Assembly (NCBI GenBank): GCA_963823665.1
Contig: CAWGMQ010000004.1
Coordinates: forward strand, 2,720,001 to 2,784,000
Direction of reading: 5' to 3'
Length of the DNA stretch: 64,000 nt
Source of the DNA: an uncultured Planctomycetota bacterium
GTDB lineage: Bacteria; Planctomycetota; Planctomycetia; Isosphaerales; Isosphaeraceae
Below the pieces are notes generated by a model. That model was not told the DNA's origin. It was given only the letters and a program-made list of their open reading frames with translations, and ran no database searches. Both the position numbers and the translations under genes were made by a program. Numbering within the stretch: position 1 is the stretch's first letter; every line of letters begins with the position of its first letter. Positions 1 to 10,376 of the stretch are shown piece after piece.

Positions 1-2305
1 CCGATCGAGATACCGCTGCGCAAGGTTGCGTCTGCATCGGGGAGCTCATCTCGGCCAACCTGGCTTGTTGAGTACACGCTCGCGCCGGCCTCGTTCACGA
101 CAACGTACAAGAGCTGCGCGATCTGAGCGTCGGCCGTATGCGGCCGGGGCGGTGCCTGCGGCGGGGGCGTTCCCTGTGGGGCAGTGTTTCTCGGAGGCTT
201 TGGCCCGCGAGAGCGAGACGAGTCAGACCTTCCACGGCCTCCCCCGCGAGAGCCGCGCAAAGGCGGAGTCGAAGAAGCTGGGCCGCCCGCCGGTTTTTTG
301 CCCCGATCGGCCTGCTTGTTCGCTGGACTGGGTACGGCCGGCTGTGCCGATTCGCCGGCCGATGTCTGCATAGTCTCGCCGACGGCGGCACCCTCGTGCG
401 CGGCTTCAGGCGATTCGCTCGCGCCCACCTCTGGCCCCGGCGCGTCGATACCCTCCGACTCGACCGCGTTCACACCATGATTCACGTTGCTCGTCTCGCC
501 AGTCGATTCGGCCGCGGGCCCGGCTTCAATCGGCCGGGGCTCGTGGGTACTAACCCCGGAAGTATCGATGTCGTCCCCCCCACTCGGCCCGGTCTCCGCT
601 GCAATGTCCGCCTCCGGCATCGACGACTCCGGCGCACCGCCGGAGATGGGCGGCAAGGCCCCGACCGGCGTATCCGCGACTGTCGGCCCGTGTGGGTGCG
701 CCGGCGCATGATCGTTGTCGCCGGCCCCGGCCTCATGCGCGGTGGCATGATTCGCGGCAGCCTCGGAAAGGGACGCCTCGGGCGCGCTTTCGGCCGTCAC
801 TTCGGGCTCGGCCGGCGTGATTGCCTCCTCCGCAGAAGCCGGAGCAGCCTCTTGCGCGGCAGGCTCAACCGCGGCCTGCGCCTCGGCGCAACCAAGGGCG
901 GAGACGATGGTTCGACTGATGCTGCCGCCGCTGCCGCCGCTGCCGCCGCCTGAGCACGTGCGGCCGCGGCTTGCTTCTGTCTTGCGGCTTGTTCCTGTCG
1001 TGCAGCCTGTTCTTTTGCAGCCAGTTCCTTCATGGCCTGCTCGTGTTTCGCGGTCTCTTCCAGCGCGGCGGCCGCGGCCTCCGGGTCCGTGCTGAACAGG
1101 GTTCCCTCGGCGATGATCTCGGCGACGAGCTCCTCGGTCTCGCGGCAGGCCGTGCCGTTCCCGATGGCGACCACGCCCACTTCGTGCTTGGCGACCAGGT
1201 CTTTCAGGAAGACCTTGGCATCCGACCGCCTGCACTGTGGCGAATGGGGGTAGATCACGCCTTGGTCCAGTAGATTGCCGCCGCGGTCAAGCACCGCGAC
1301 CTTGCAGCCGGTTCGGAATCCAGGATCGATGGCCAGCACGACTTGCTTGGGAATCGGCGGCTGGAGCAGCAGGCTGCGCAAATTCCTTGCGAAAACTTCG
1401 ATTGCATGCCGCTCGGAGCCTTCGGTCAGCTCCCTCCGGACCTCGCGCTCCATGCTGGGCACGATCAGCCGGTCCAAGGCGTCGATCGCCGCGCCACGAA
1501 AGAGCTCGGCGTGGGGATGGGCGTCCAGCGGAAGCTGTGCGAACAGAGCGGCCTCGACCTCGGGCCGCGGCAGTTCCAGCCGCACCTTGAGCGGGCCTTC
1601 CTTGTCGCCCCGGTTGATCGCAAGCACCCGGTGCGGTGGGATCTGGGCCACCGGCTCGGAATAGTCGAAATAATCCCGGTACTCGAGCCCTTGGCCTTCG
1701 GGAATCTCGGCCTTCGAGGTGACGATCTTGCCGGTTTTCCAGATGAGCCGGCGGATCGCATCGCGCACGGCCGCCATTTCACTGATGGCCTCGGCAAGGA
1801 TGTGACCGACACCCTCGAGCACTTTTTCGGTCGATTCCAACCCCTTTTCCGCGTTGACGAATTCCTGGGCTGCGGCCGCCAGCTCAGTGAGAGTCTCGTC
1901 ACGCGTCCAGATCCGGAACGCCAGAGGCTCGAGGCCCTTTTCCCGGGCGTCGGAGGCCTTGCTTCGCTTCTTGGGCTTGAACGGAAGATAGAGATCCTCG
2001 AGCCGCTTGGGATTGTCGGCCGCGCGAATCGCAGCGGCCAGATCCGGTGTGAGCTTTCCCTGGGCCTCGATCGTCTTCAGGATCGTCTCTTTACGCTCAG
2101 CAAGGTCGCGCAGGCGCTGGACGCGAGCCTGGATCTCGCCGACGACCACCTCGTTGAGGTTGCCGGTCGCCTCTTTGCGATATCGCGTGATGAAGGGAAC
2201 CGTGTTCCCGTCATCCAGGAGTCCAACGACGCTCTCGACCTGTGAGCGCCGAATTTGCAGATCCTGCGCGATACGACCCAGGTCCACCTGAATCGGGTTG
2301 GCCAT
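1..2305 (-). CDS. tex: Tex-family RNA-binding transcriptional accessory protein; 3' end runs off the window; one frameshift near 885; large low-complexity insertion
   Basis: Tex N-terminus GNTVPFITRYRKEATG, LEDLYLPFKPK, HRVLAINRG and YqgF-like IDPGFRTGCK and IGNGTACRETE. After a shift near 885 the second frame stays open to the window edge and resumes with YVVVNEAGASVYSTS...DATLRSGISIG (about 135-1). Confidence 0.93.
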
Positions 2306-2779
2306 GTAGATTCGACTCGGCACCTGGTGAGACAAGAGCGGCGGCGACATGTCCGTCCGATACGAGGCATCGCCAGAAACTCTCACCATATCGGCGAGGC
2401 GCTGGCATTGCTCAAGGTGAGCGCACGTAGACACTTACCCATCAAAAGAGTTCGGTCACTGTAGAGGATCGAACGTGCCTTGTCAAGCGTGCGTGCTCAG
2501 GCGCACGGGGCCCTCGAGAGCCGGATTAACGGCGGCGGGGTTTCCTGGCGCGCCTCGGCAGGGCAGTCAGATTCATATGTTTGTTGCCGCACCGCCTCGG
2601 AACGTCGAAGCCGATGGATCGCGTTGCTCGGGCCCAACCCGCGACCTGGCAGACCGTCTCGAGGCCGGCCTCTGGCGATGCTCTCACGCGTGGGGTAAGC
2701 TCGCTCGACCGGCCGGTCGGTTTGACCAGATCGTTAGAGGTTACGCGGTTCAATTCGACGAACGGGGAGATCTAATACG

Positions 2780-3340
2780 ATGTCCGCCATAACGCAGAAT
2801 CGACGCATCGGGTTATTCACCGTGGGTTTGGCGCTCCTTGCCGTATCGGGTTGTATTCGGGAATCCGACGAACAGGGAGCGCATGTTATTCAATTCGCGT
2901 TGTGGGTTCCCGCCGCGATCTTTCTCGGCGGGATAGCTGCTGGTGCGGCCGGTTTTTTTCTTCGAAAGCACAACACGCGGTTTGGGTGGGGTTTGATGAT
3001 CGCGGGGCCTTTCATCGGGCTTGGCATCGGGCCGTCGATGATGTTCGAACGCGCCTCGGTCAGCAAAGAGGCGTTCGAGTTTCAAACCGGCATCTACGGA
3101 GGGACTGTCGTTCCGAAAACGCAATTTGCGGACCTCACGCAGATTCGCATGCTGGCCGAGACCACGCGAACTCGGCGCGGGGGGACGAGCACCAGTCACC
3201 ATCTGATGTGTGAAAAGAAGTCAGGCGGCGAGGTGCGCGTACCCTACAATAACGACGTCGCTCGCAAAGGCGTGGAGCTCGTTCTCAGAGAAGCGGCGGC
3301 CCGCGATATTCCGATTCTCGACCAGACCGGCGGGAAGTAG
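2780..3340 (+). CDS. hypothetical membrane lipoprotein
   Basis: Lipobox-like signal (LALLAVSGC) followed by two hydrophobic helices; 186 aa. Confidence 0.75.
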   Translation: MSAITQNRRIGLFTVGLALLAVSGCIRESDEQGAHVIQFALWVPAAIFLGGIAAGAAGFFLRKHNTRFGWGLMIAGPFIGLGIGPSMMFERASVSKEAFEFQTGIYGGTVVPKTQFADLTQIRMLAETTRTRRGGTSTSHHLMCEKKSGGEVRVPYNNDVARKGVELVLREAAARDIPILDQTGGK

Positions 3341-3345
3341 TGCGG

Positions 3346-6300
3346 TCACACGCTTTCGGATCCGGACGTCACGCTGAATGCTCGGCCCACTTGGTGGTTC
3401 TGCCCCGGCACATCGAATCGCGGTGGCCCCGGAGTCGGCTCGAGCCCCGCTTGATCTGTTCGGATGTACCCTCCCAGGCTCCAGACCAGCTCGCAGTTGT
3501 GCTGAAGGTCGAGCATGGTCAGGGTCTGGACCGCGCGGAGAACCAGGATCTGGTCGCTCCACAGGTCGGTTCGCAAGAGGACGTCGCGCATCCTAGACTG
3601 CACGACAGCCCATGGATCGCGTGAGCCCTGGCCCAGCACCACTTTGACCCAGCCGCGGGTCATTCGGCGGTGCCGCTTGAGGTAGGCTGTGATTCGCCGG
3701 CGGGAGGCTGCGTCGTAGGATGGAAAGCACGGTAGCTCGAAGAGGTCGGAAAGCGGCCGCCTTTTTCGCCGATGTACGGGATGCCAGAGTGTGCGGATAT
3801 TGACGATCGGATCGGGCAGCCTGGGCGGGAGCTTCCTCACGTCTTGCCGCCCATCGCAGGAGTACTCCATAACGGCCTTGAGCCCCTCGAGCGACAAGGC
3901 AAGGGTCGAGATATCGTCGTGGTCAAGGATGCAGGCTGCCACCAGCGCGCGCAGGGCCTCGCCGCCGCGATTGGCCAGGTAGGGAATCTCGTCGGCGAGA
4001 TAACCGGGGAGCAAGTCGAACGTCCAGCCGAAGCGATGCACCCAGCGGTGCACCCATTCCAGCCGCTTCTGATGCTGCCGGCGAAACTGCTCGGCGATGA
4101 TGCGGTCCTGCCGTGTCGCCCCGATGTAGTCGAGATCGGCCTCCATGAGCAGCTCGCCCGCGAGGCTTTCGGGCGCGGTCGGAAGCTTGAGCCCCATGTA
4201 CTCGACGTCGAAGCGGGCTCGCAGCCAGAGCGAGCCCATGAAGACAGGCTTGCGCATGCGATGGATCTTGCGCAAGGCGGCCCAGTAGGCATCAGCCGGA
4301 ACAACCTGCTGGCGGTCGACCTGAGGATGCAGGATCTCGTGCACGACACGCAGAATGCTGCGGAAACCGGCCGCGACGGCCTTTCCCAGCACGGCGAGGA
4401 GGACGAGAGGAAGCAGCACGATACGCCCGCCGGAGAGGTGGGCCTGATAGAATCCGAACGGGTTGAACGTGCGAGCAGTCAAGGGCAGCTCGTGCAGTGG
4501 AAAACTGCGGAAAGCCCGCCGGACATTCTGCTGCCGGTCGCGCCTCACAAGCTCGGCAACCTGCGGCCCGAAGCGAGCGTGAATCTCACAATCGCGCTCG
4601 GGGTCGTCTCCGAGAAAGTCGACGGCGGTGAACTCGACGGTCTCCAGAAAGGCCCCGGCCTCTTTGCGGAGGGTGCCTTCCGTTCCCACACGCGCGGTTT
4701 CACTTGCTCCAACCCGATGGATAGAGCTACCTTCCGGTACCGTATGGGGCGTCGAGAGCTCGGGCACCCATACCTCATCCGGGTCGATCTTCAGCCGGTC
4801 CGCCAGCCAGTTCCGGAACTTCTGGCGTACCGAAGGGGGCGAGCAGGCCAGGCGATCGAGCGGGATGGCGTGGCGGTTGTAGTCGAGCAAGAGCAGGGCC
4901 GTTTCCTGCACGAGCATTCGCGTGATGTAGTTGAACCAGAGATACGGGCCGCCGAAAAGGCCGCCGGCGCGGCTCAAGTCGAGCCGGTCGATGGTGCGGC
5001 CTTCTCGCAGCAAGTGCCCCAGGTGACTTCGCCGCAGGTTGCTGAGAGCCAGGTTCCCCAGGAGCTGAACCGAAGCCTTGGTGTCGCTGCGGTGGAGCGG
5101 CGATCCGTCGAGATAGTCCTGGTAGAGCAAGCGAACGTTCCGCAGGAACGCCAGCTCGCGGTTCTCGAACCAGGCAGGTTCGCTGCCTCCGGCTTCCTCG
5201 TCATGACCGGAGCCGTTGCGATGGATGGGTCTGTCGTCCGACTGCCGCAACAGCAGCTCGGGATTGATCACTCGCTGGCTGAGAAACTGCGAATCGTGGT
5301 CGCGACGGCGGGATTTGAGGGCCTTCGTGTGAGTGGCAAATTGGGCCTCGACCACCCGCTCGCAAAAATCAGCCGACTGATTGGCGATCTTGCGAAACCA
5401 CGCGCCGAGCAGCCAGAAAACCAGACAGATCACCCCGAGGATGATCACCGGCCAACCCAGGAGGGTCTGCACCTTGTCGACGACCTTCACGAACGGCGTG
5501 AAGAACGGCAGCGAGTTCACGATCAGGTAAAGAAAGAGAAACGCCGATCCCAGCCAGAGCAATCGCTTGGCGGGTGTCCGCGTGGCGTTGACGATCGTCG
5601 CACCCAGCCGGTCCAGGAAAACGGGAGGCGACAGCGTGCCGTGCAGATCGGCGAAGAAGTAGACGACGTCGAGGCCGCGCTGCATTGAGTGGCCGAGATA
5701 ATTGGCAGCCAGCGCCACGGCTTCTGCCGGGCTTTTTTCGCGGTAGGCAACCAGTCTGCGCACGAACGGCAGGCGTCGCACCAGGGGAAGATCGAAGAGG
5801 CGGACATAGCGATCGATTGCTTTCACGGCCGCGGGCCCGATCTGGTCGAGTAGCCGTTCCGGGGTCATCTGGATCAGGCGCTCGACGACCGCCTCGACGG
5901 GTATTTCGCGGCTCGTTGTTTCCGGAACGTCATCGGCCAGGGCAGGATCCGGCAAGCTCTCGACCCGGCGCTCCAGATCGAAGAGCACCCGCTCAGAAAA
6001 CCTGCGAGCTTGGTCGCGGTCCAGCCGCGCCACCGCGCTAACGCGGGCGTGCTCCAGCTCGCTGCGGAGAGCGATCAAGCGATGGCGCTCGCTTGATTCC
6101 GGTTTCTGGGCGTGCAGCGGCTCGAATAGCACGATGTTGCGGTTGAGGAGTTTGCCCATGCGGCGCACCAGACGATCGAGGAGGCGCAGCAGCACGAGCC
6201 CGACCCGCGCGAGCCTCAAGACCGGCAGGATCACCCGCAGAAACCGGAACGACCGGGCCACCCGTGCGATCCGGGCCGGCCCCCACCACGCCGAGCCGAG

Positions 6301-7947
6301 GCCGTCGGGCGCGCTCAGCAGGTCGCCCATTCGTTCCAGCTCGATCTGATGTGCGACGAATCCGAAAGGCAGCGAGGCCAGCAGATCGATCAGGACGTGG
6401 CGGAGCAAATAGCTGGTCCGGTGCGGCGCCAGCGCGAGCTTGAGCGTGAATTCGAACAGGAACACCGAGCAAACCGCCAGATCGGCCCAGGCGAAGAACA
6501 CGTGCTGTGCAGCCGAGAGCCCGCGTGGGCGCGCGCGCTCCAGCACCACCTCGGCCGCGATCAGACCGAATAGCACGAGGATGAGCACGAGCACGGTGTT
6601 TTCGAGAGTCGCGACGAATCGGCGTCCGAAGATCTTCTCCATGCGCAGCGTGAGCAGTTTCTCCTGCCAGTCGCGCTCCACCTGGCGGCTGGCGCGGCGG
6701 ACCGACCGCGCCTGCGCTCGCATCCGCTTGCGGGCACGCTCATCGCGCTGCTCCGCCAGAGTCCGCGCCGCCGCCTCGAGATCGCTTTCGGTGGTCGCCT
6801 GTGCCCCGGGCTCACCGACGGGCTCTATACTCACGGCATCCGGAATTGGACCCGGCGATGGGAGGTAGATCTCCTCCGGAAAATCAAGGGCGGCGTGGCG
6901 GCATTGCTCTGCTCGCGGCCACTCGAGGCAAGCTTCCGAGAGCCGCGCCAGGTCGTCGCCGATCAGCTTGAGCCGATCAACCGCGCGACCAAGGCTGATA
7001 TCTTCGAGGAAGGCCATCGTTTCCCCCGCCTCGTCGAGCGCTAGCTGGACGACGCGCTCACCGGGGGCAACCCGGTCGCAGAGGGTAAGCGATGCCATTT
7101 GCTCTCTGGCGGCGAGGGCGAGCTCGTCCCGACGCCGGTCCAGCCTGTCGATCCAATCGGCGCGCTGGCGCGCCAGGCGTGCGTGGAATGCGTCCTGTTC
7201 ACTGCCGTGATCGGTTGCCGTCGCTTGCGCCCGTAATCGCGTCAGGTGAAACCGATGTCCCCAGAGGGCCTCGGGCGTGGAACCCTCGACGGGCCAGGCA
7301 AGCTCGCGCACGATCCGTCGCGAAAGCAAGATCGCCTGCAAGCGCTCGCAGCCTTGGTGGAGCGGGAGATGACTCGGGTCGGGATCATGCCCTGACGCGA
7401 CGTGCAGCGAGGCGCTCAAACGAGCGAGCTCGACGTCGAGCCACGCCGTTGCCGGATCGGGCGCTTCACGATCGAGCCGATCGATGACGGCGCTATGCCA
7501 CTCGAGCTCGTTGCGCAGTCCCTCGATCGCGAGTGCTTTGTGCAGCGGATCCGGGCCGACGGCGGCCGTGATCGACCGAACTGCCGATTTGATTTCGGCC
7601 AGCCATTCTCTGGACCGGCGGGCGAGGAGCTCGTGGCGCTCGTTGCCGGGGACGAGCGTGGTCATCTGGGAGTCGGCGACTTCCTGGAGCTCGGCGAGAG
7701 CAGAGAGCATTTCGCGGCGAGTGTTCTCGATTTCTTCACTCTGGACCGACGAATCAAGGCTTCGGCGCAGGATCAATCCAGTACCGATCAGATCGAGTCG
7801 GTTCGCCAGGCTCTCGGGTCGGGAATCGATGGGCGATTCACAGAGCTTCCTCGCCCGCTCGCACCACTCGGCCGCCTGCGCCTTGATGTCATCCAATCCA
7901 CTGCTCCGTTGCTCTGGCCGACCGGTGATTGAACACCGGCGGCGCAT
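3346..7947 (-). CDS. large membrane protein (1533 aa) with an ion-transport-type voltage-sensor domain (S1-S4) and no recognisable pore
   Basis: Uninterrupted 4.6-kb ORF. S2 DLAVCSVFLFEF, S3 IDLLASLPF, S4 RIARVARSFRFLR...RLAR. Start codon uncertain. Confidence 0.85.
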   Translation of the reverse strand: MRRRCSITGRPEQRSSGLDDIKAQAAEWCERARKLCESPIDSRPESLANRLDLIGTGLILRRSLDSSVQSEEIENTRREMLSALAELQEVADSQMTTLVPGNERHELLARRSREWLAEIKSAVRSITAAVGPDPLHKALAIEGLRNELEWHSAVIDRLDREAPDPATAWLDVELARLSASLHVASGHDPDPSHLPLHQGCERLQAILLSRRIVRELAWPVEGSTPEALWGHRFHLTRLRAQATATDHGSEQDAFHARLARQRADWIDRLDRRRDELALAAREQMASLTLCDRVAPGERVVQLALDEAGETMAFLEDISLGRAVDRLKLIGDDLARLSEACLEWPRAEQCRHAALDFPEEIYLPSPGPIPDAVSIEPVGEPGAQATTESDLEAAARTLAEQRDERARKRMRAQARSVRRASRQVERDWQEKLLTLRMEKIFGRRFVATLENTVLVLILVLFGLIAAEVVLERARPRGLSAAQHVFFAWADLAVCSVFLFEFTLKLALAPHRTSYLLRHVLIDLLASLPFGFVAHQIELERMGDLLSAPDGLGSAWWGPARIARVARSFRFLRVILPVLRLARVGLVLLRLLDRLVRRMGKLLNRNIVLFEPLHAQKPESSERHRLIALRSELEHARVSAVARLDRDQARRFSERVLFDLERRVESLPDPALADDVPETTSREIPVEAVVERLIQMTPERLLDQIGPAAVKAIDRYVRLFDLPLVRRLPFVRRLVAYREKSPAEAVALAANYLGHSMQRGLDVVYFFADLHGTLSPPVFLDRLGATIVNATRTPAKRLLWLGSAFLFLYLIVNSLPFFTPFVKVVDKVQTLLGWPVIILGVICLVFWLLGAWFRKIANQSADFCERVVEAQFATHTKALKSRRRDHDSQFLSQRVINPELLLRQSDDRPIHRNGSGHDEEAGGSEPAWFENRELAFLRNVRLLYQDYLDGSPLHRSDTKASVQLLGNLALSNLRRSHLGHLLREGRTIDRLDLSRAGGLFGGPYLWFNYITRMLVQETALLLLDYNRHAIPLDRLACSPPSVRQKFRNWLADRLKIDPDEVWVPELSTPHTVPEGSSIHRVGASETARVGTEGTLRKEAGAFLETVEFTAVDFLGDDPERDCEIHARFGPQVAELVRRDRQQNVRRAFRSFPLHELPLTARTFNPFGFYQAHLSGGRIVLLPLVLLAVLGKAVAAGFRSILRVVHEILHPQVDRQQVVPADAYWAALRKIHRMRKPVFMGSLWLRARFDVEYMGLKLPTAPESLAGELLMEADLDYIGATRQDRIIAEQFRRQHQKRLEWVHRWVHRFGWTFDLLPGYLADEIPYLANRGGEALRALVAACILDHDDISTLALSLEGLKAVMEYSCDGRQDVRKLPPRLPDPIVNIRTLWHPVHRRKRRPLSDLFELPCFPSYDAASRRRITAYLKRHRRMTRGWVKVVLGQGSRDPWAVVQSRMRDVLLRTDLWSDQILVLRAVQTLTMLDLQHNCELVWSLGGYIRTDQAGLEPTPGPPRFDVPGQNHQVGRAFSVTSGSESV

Positions 7948-8132
7948 CGGTTCGAATTCTACTCGTTTGCCGCGCGCTCTTCCACGAACGGCACGGACGC
8001 TGGCGGCGAAGTTGGCTTGTCGATGGGTGGAACATGGCTTAATCTGCTGCTCTCGTGGATCGTCGTGAATCTACGGACGGGTGCCGGCCACGTCTGTCGA
8101 CGCAGTCAAACACCGACCATGGAAGGAAGCGA

Positions 8133-9512
8133 ATGCCGACCCCGGAATTGATGAGTGACGAGCTCGACCCCGGCTCCGGCGAGGGGAAATGGAATTCCTG
8201 GCTCAACAAGCTCGGCCTGCACCGGAGCGAGCTGCGCGCGTGGGCGATGTACGACTGGGCGAATTCGGCAGTGATGACCACCATCATCACCGCGGTTTTT
8301 CCCATCTACTACGAGAAGGTCGCCTGCAAGGGAGTGGTCGGGGTCGAGGAAGCCACGCAACGGTATGCAACCGCCACCGTGATCGGCATGCTGATCATCG
8401 CGCTCTTGTCACCCGTGCTGGGAACGATTGCCGACTTGAAGGGCGACAAGAAGAAAATGCTGGGCGGATTCATGGCTCTGGGGGTTTCCTCGGTCGCCGG
8501 GATGTTCTTCATCTACCAGGGACAATGGCTGCTGGCTTCCGTCCTTTTCATCCTCGCCAATATCGGCGTGAACGGCAGCTTCGTCTTCTACGACGCTTTG
8601 CTGCCGCACGTTGCGGGCAAAGACGAGATCGACCGGGTTTCGACGGCTGGCTACGCCTTTGGCTACATCGGCGGCGGCACTCTGCTGGCGATCAACCTCG
8701 CGTGGATCATGAAGCCCGCCTGGTTCGGTCTACCGACGGTGTCAGATACTTCGGCGCAGGGCACACTGCCCACGCGTCTGGCATTCCTTTCGGTCGCTGT
8801 CTGGTGGCTGGTTTTCTCGATCCCGCTGTTCCGCCGGGTGCACGAGCCAGCGGCCTCCGCCGCCGGGATTACCGAACGATTTCCGGTGCGGGCTGCATTC
8901 GCGCGCCTGTGGGAAACAGCCCGCGGCTTGGGCTCGCACCGTCAGGCCTTCCTGATGCTGCTCGCTTTCCTGATCTATAACGACGGCATCGGCACGATCA
9001 TCCGCATGGCGTCGAGCTATGGCGCGGTGATCGGCATCGATACGACGGTCATGATCGCCTCGATCGTGATCGTGCAATTCGTCGGGATTCCGTTCGCCTT
9101 CCTCTTTGGAATGCTGGCCCAGCGCATCGGCGCCAAGCGCTCGATCGGAGTCGGGCTGGTCGCCTACATGGCGATCTGCGTCCTCGGCTATTTCATGACG
9201 AGCGCGATCCACTTCGTGGCGCTGGCGGCCCTGGTGGGGGCGGTGCAGGGGGGAACGCAAGCCCTGAGCCGCTCGCTCTTCGCCAGCATGATTCCGCGCG
9301 ACAAGTCGGGCGAATTCTTCGGGTTCTTCGGTGTCGCTGAGAAATTCGCCGGGATCCTCGGGCCGGCCGTGTTTTCGGTCGCACCCAGCCGCACTGCCAT
9401 TCTGGCCGTGATCGCATTCTTCATTGTCGGTGGCTTGATGTTGTTCTTCGTCGACGTCGCCGCCGGCCAGCGCAAGGCGCGGGCCGACGAGGTTGGGCCA
9501 CTCTTCGAGTGA
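8133..9512 (+). CDS. MFS transporter, UMF1/ATG22-like family
   Basis: AWAMYDWANS, FYDALLP, DRVSTAGYAFGYIGG, QGGTQALSRSLFA and EFFGFF motifs; about 12 hydrophobic segments. Confidence 0.9.
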   Translation: MPTPELMSDELDPGSGEGKWNSWLNKLGLHRSELRAWAMYDWANSAVMTTIITAVFPIYYEKVACKGVVGVEEATQRYATATVIGMLIIALLSPVLGTIADLKGDKKKMLGGFMALGVSSVAGMFFIYQGQWLLASVLFILANIGVNGSFVFYDALLPHVAGKDEIDRVSTAGYAFGYIGGGTLLAINLAWIMKPAWFGLPTVSDTSAQGTLPTRLAFLSVAVWWLVFSIPLFRRVHEPAASAAGITERFPVRAAFARLWETARGLGSHRQAFLMLLAFLIYNDGIGTIIRMASSYGAVIGIDTTVMIASIVIVQFVGIPFAFLFGMLAQRIGAKRSIGVGLVAYMAICVLGYFMTSAIHFVALAALVGAVQGGTQALSRSLFASMIPRDKSGEFFGFFGVAEKFAGILGPAVFSVAPSRTAILAVIAFFIVGGLMLFFVDVAAGQRKARADEVGPLFE

Positions 9513-9521
9513 GGCGTCAGG

Positions 9522-10376
9522 TCAGGCTCTCGTCAAACGCTTCTGCCAGTGGGAAATGCTAATGGCCCAGGAAACGCCCAGGTAGAACGCGGGATAACAC
9601 AAGGATATCCAAGCCCATTGCAGGGTCGATGCGCTCGAGACGGTCTGCGTCTCTCCCGGAAGCTTCCAGATCAGCCAGAAGAACAGAACCGTCCAGGGAA
9701 TGCCGAGCACGGTTGCCAGCCGATTGATCCTGCCCGGCTGTGACGGGTAGAGGTGGCGCGTGGGCACGAAGGTCAGTATCGCCAGCACGACGATGACGCC
9801 GAGCGACGGCCATGGACCTAGCGGCAGCATATAGAGGTAAAAAGCGACGACGTTCCAGAGGGAGGGGAAGCCGAGGAAATAGCCATCGTCGGTCTTGGCC
9901 TGCACCTGGCAAAAACCGTACGCGCTGGCGACGAGCGGCAGGAACAACCAGGGTTCCTGACCGGGCGGCAAGATTCCGGCCCGCCAGATCAGAAGCAGTG
10001 GAAGAAACGTGTAGGTGAGAAAGTCGACCAGGTCATCGAGCCTGCGGCCGTCGAAGCTTGGAACGACTTCCTTGATTCGCACCTTGCGCGCCAGAAAGCC
10101 GTCGGTCGAATCGACAATGGTCGCGGCGGCCATCAGCAGAAACGACCATCGGAACGCTGCGGGACCCCCGTCGACCAAAAGCACGGCGATCAGGCCGGCC
10201 GCGATCAGCCCGAGTGCCGTATAGGCATGCACGCACCATCCCAGGAAGCGCTCGACCGTTCCTGCCGGTCTGGCGGGCCGGGGATGGGCGGGTTTCTGCC
10301 GTTTCCGGACCTGAAGCTTGACCAGCGTCGCCGACCGTCTGGCGATCCTTCTTAGCCCGGATTCATTGGTTCTCAT
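9522..10376 (-). CDS. pcs: phosphatidylcholine synthase-like CDP-alcohol phosphotransferase
   Basis: VHAYTALG N-terminus, CDP-alcohol motif DSTDGFLAR...FDGRRLDDLVDFLTY, and KTDDGYFLGFPSLWN, all typical of Pcs. Its ATG overlaps the permease stop codon. Confidence 0.85.
   Translation of the reverse strand: MRTNESGLRRIARRSATLVKLQVRKRQKPAHPRPARPAGTVERFLGWCVHAYTALGLIAAGLIAVLLVDGGPAAFRWSFLLMAAATIVDSTDGFLARKVRIKEVVPSFDGRRLDDLVDFLTYTFLPLLLIWRAGILPPGQEPWLFLPLVASAYGFCQVQAKTDDGYFLGFPSLWNVVAFYLYMLPLGPWPSLGVIVVLAILTFVPTRHLYPSQPGRINRLATVLGIPWTVLFFWLIWKLPGETQTVSSASTLQWAWISLCYPAFYLGVSWAISISHWQKRLTRA

Noticed and set aside
135..1100. Tex insertion as an intein or IS element
   Set aside because: There are no Cys/Ser...His-Asn splice motifs, homing endonuclease, transposase or terminal repeats; the sequence is low-complexity.
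3772..5688. Long plus-strand ORF of 638 aa, and similar ones such as 51434-53509 and 25849-27009
   Set aside because: These are antisense shadows of well-supported genes, expected in high-GC DNA, and carry no recognisable motifs.
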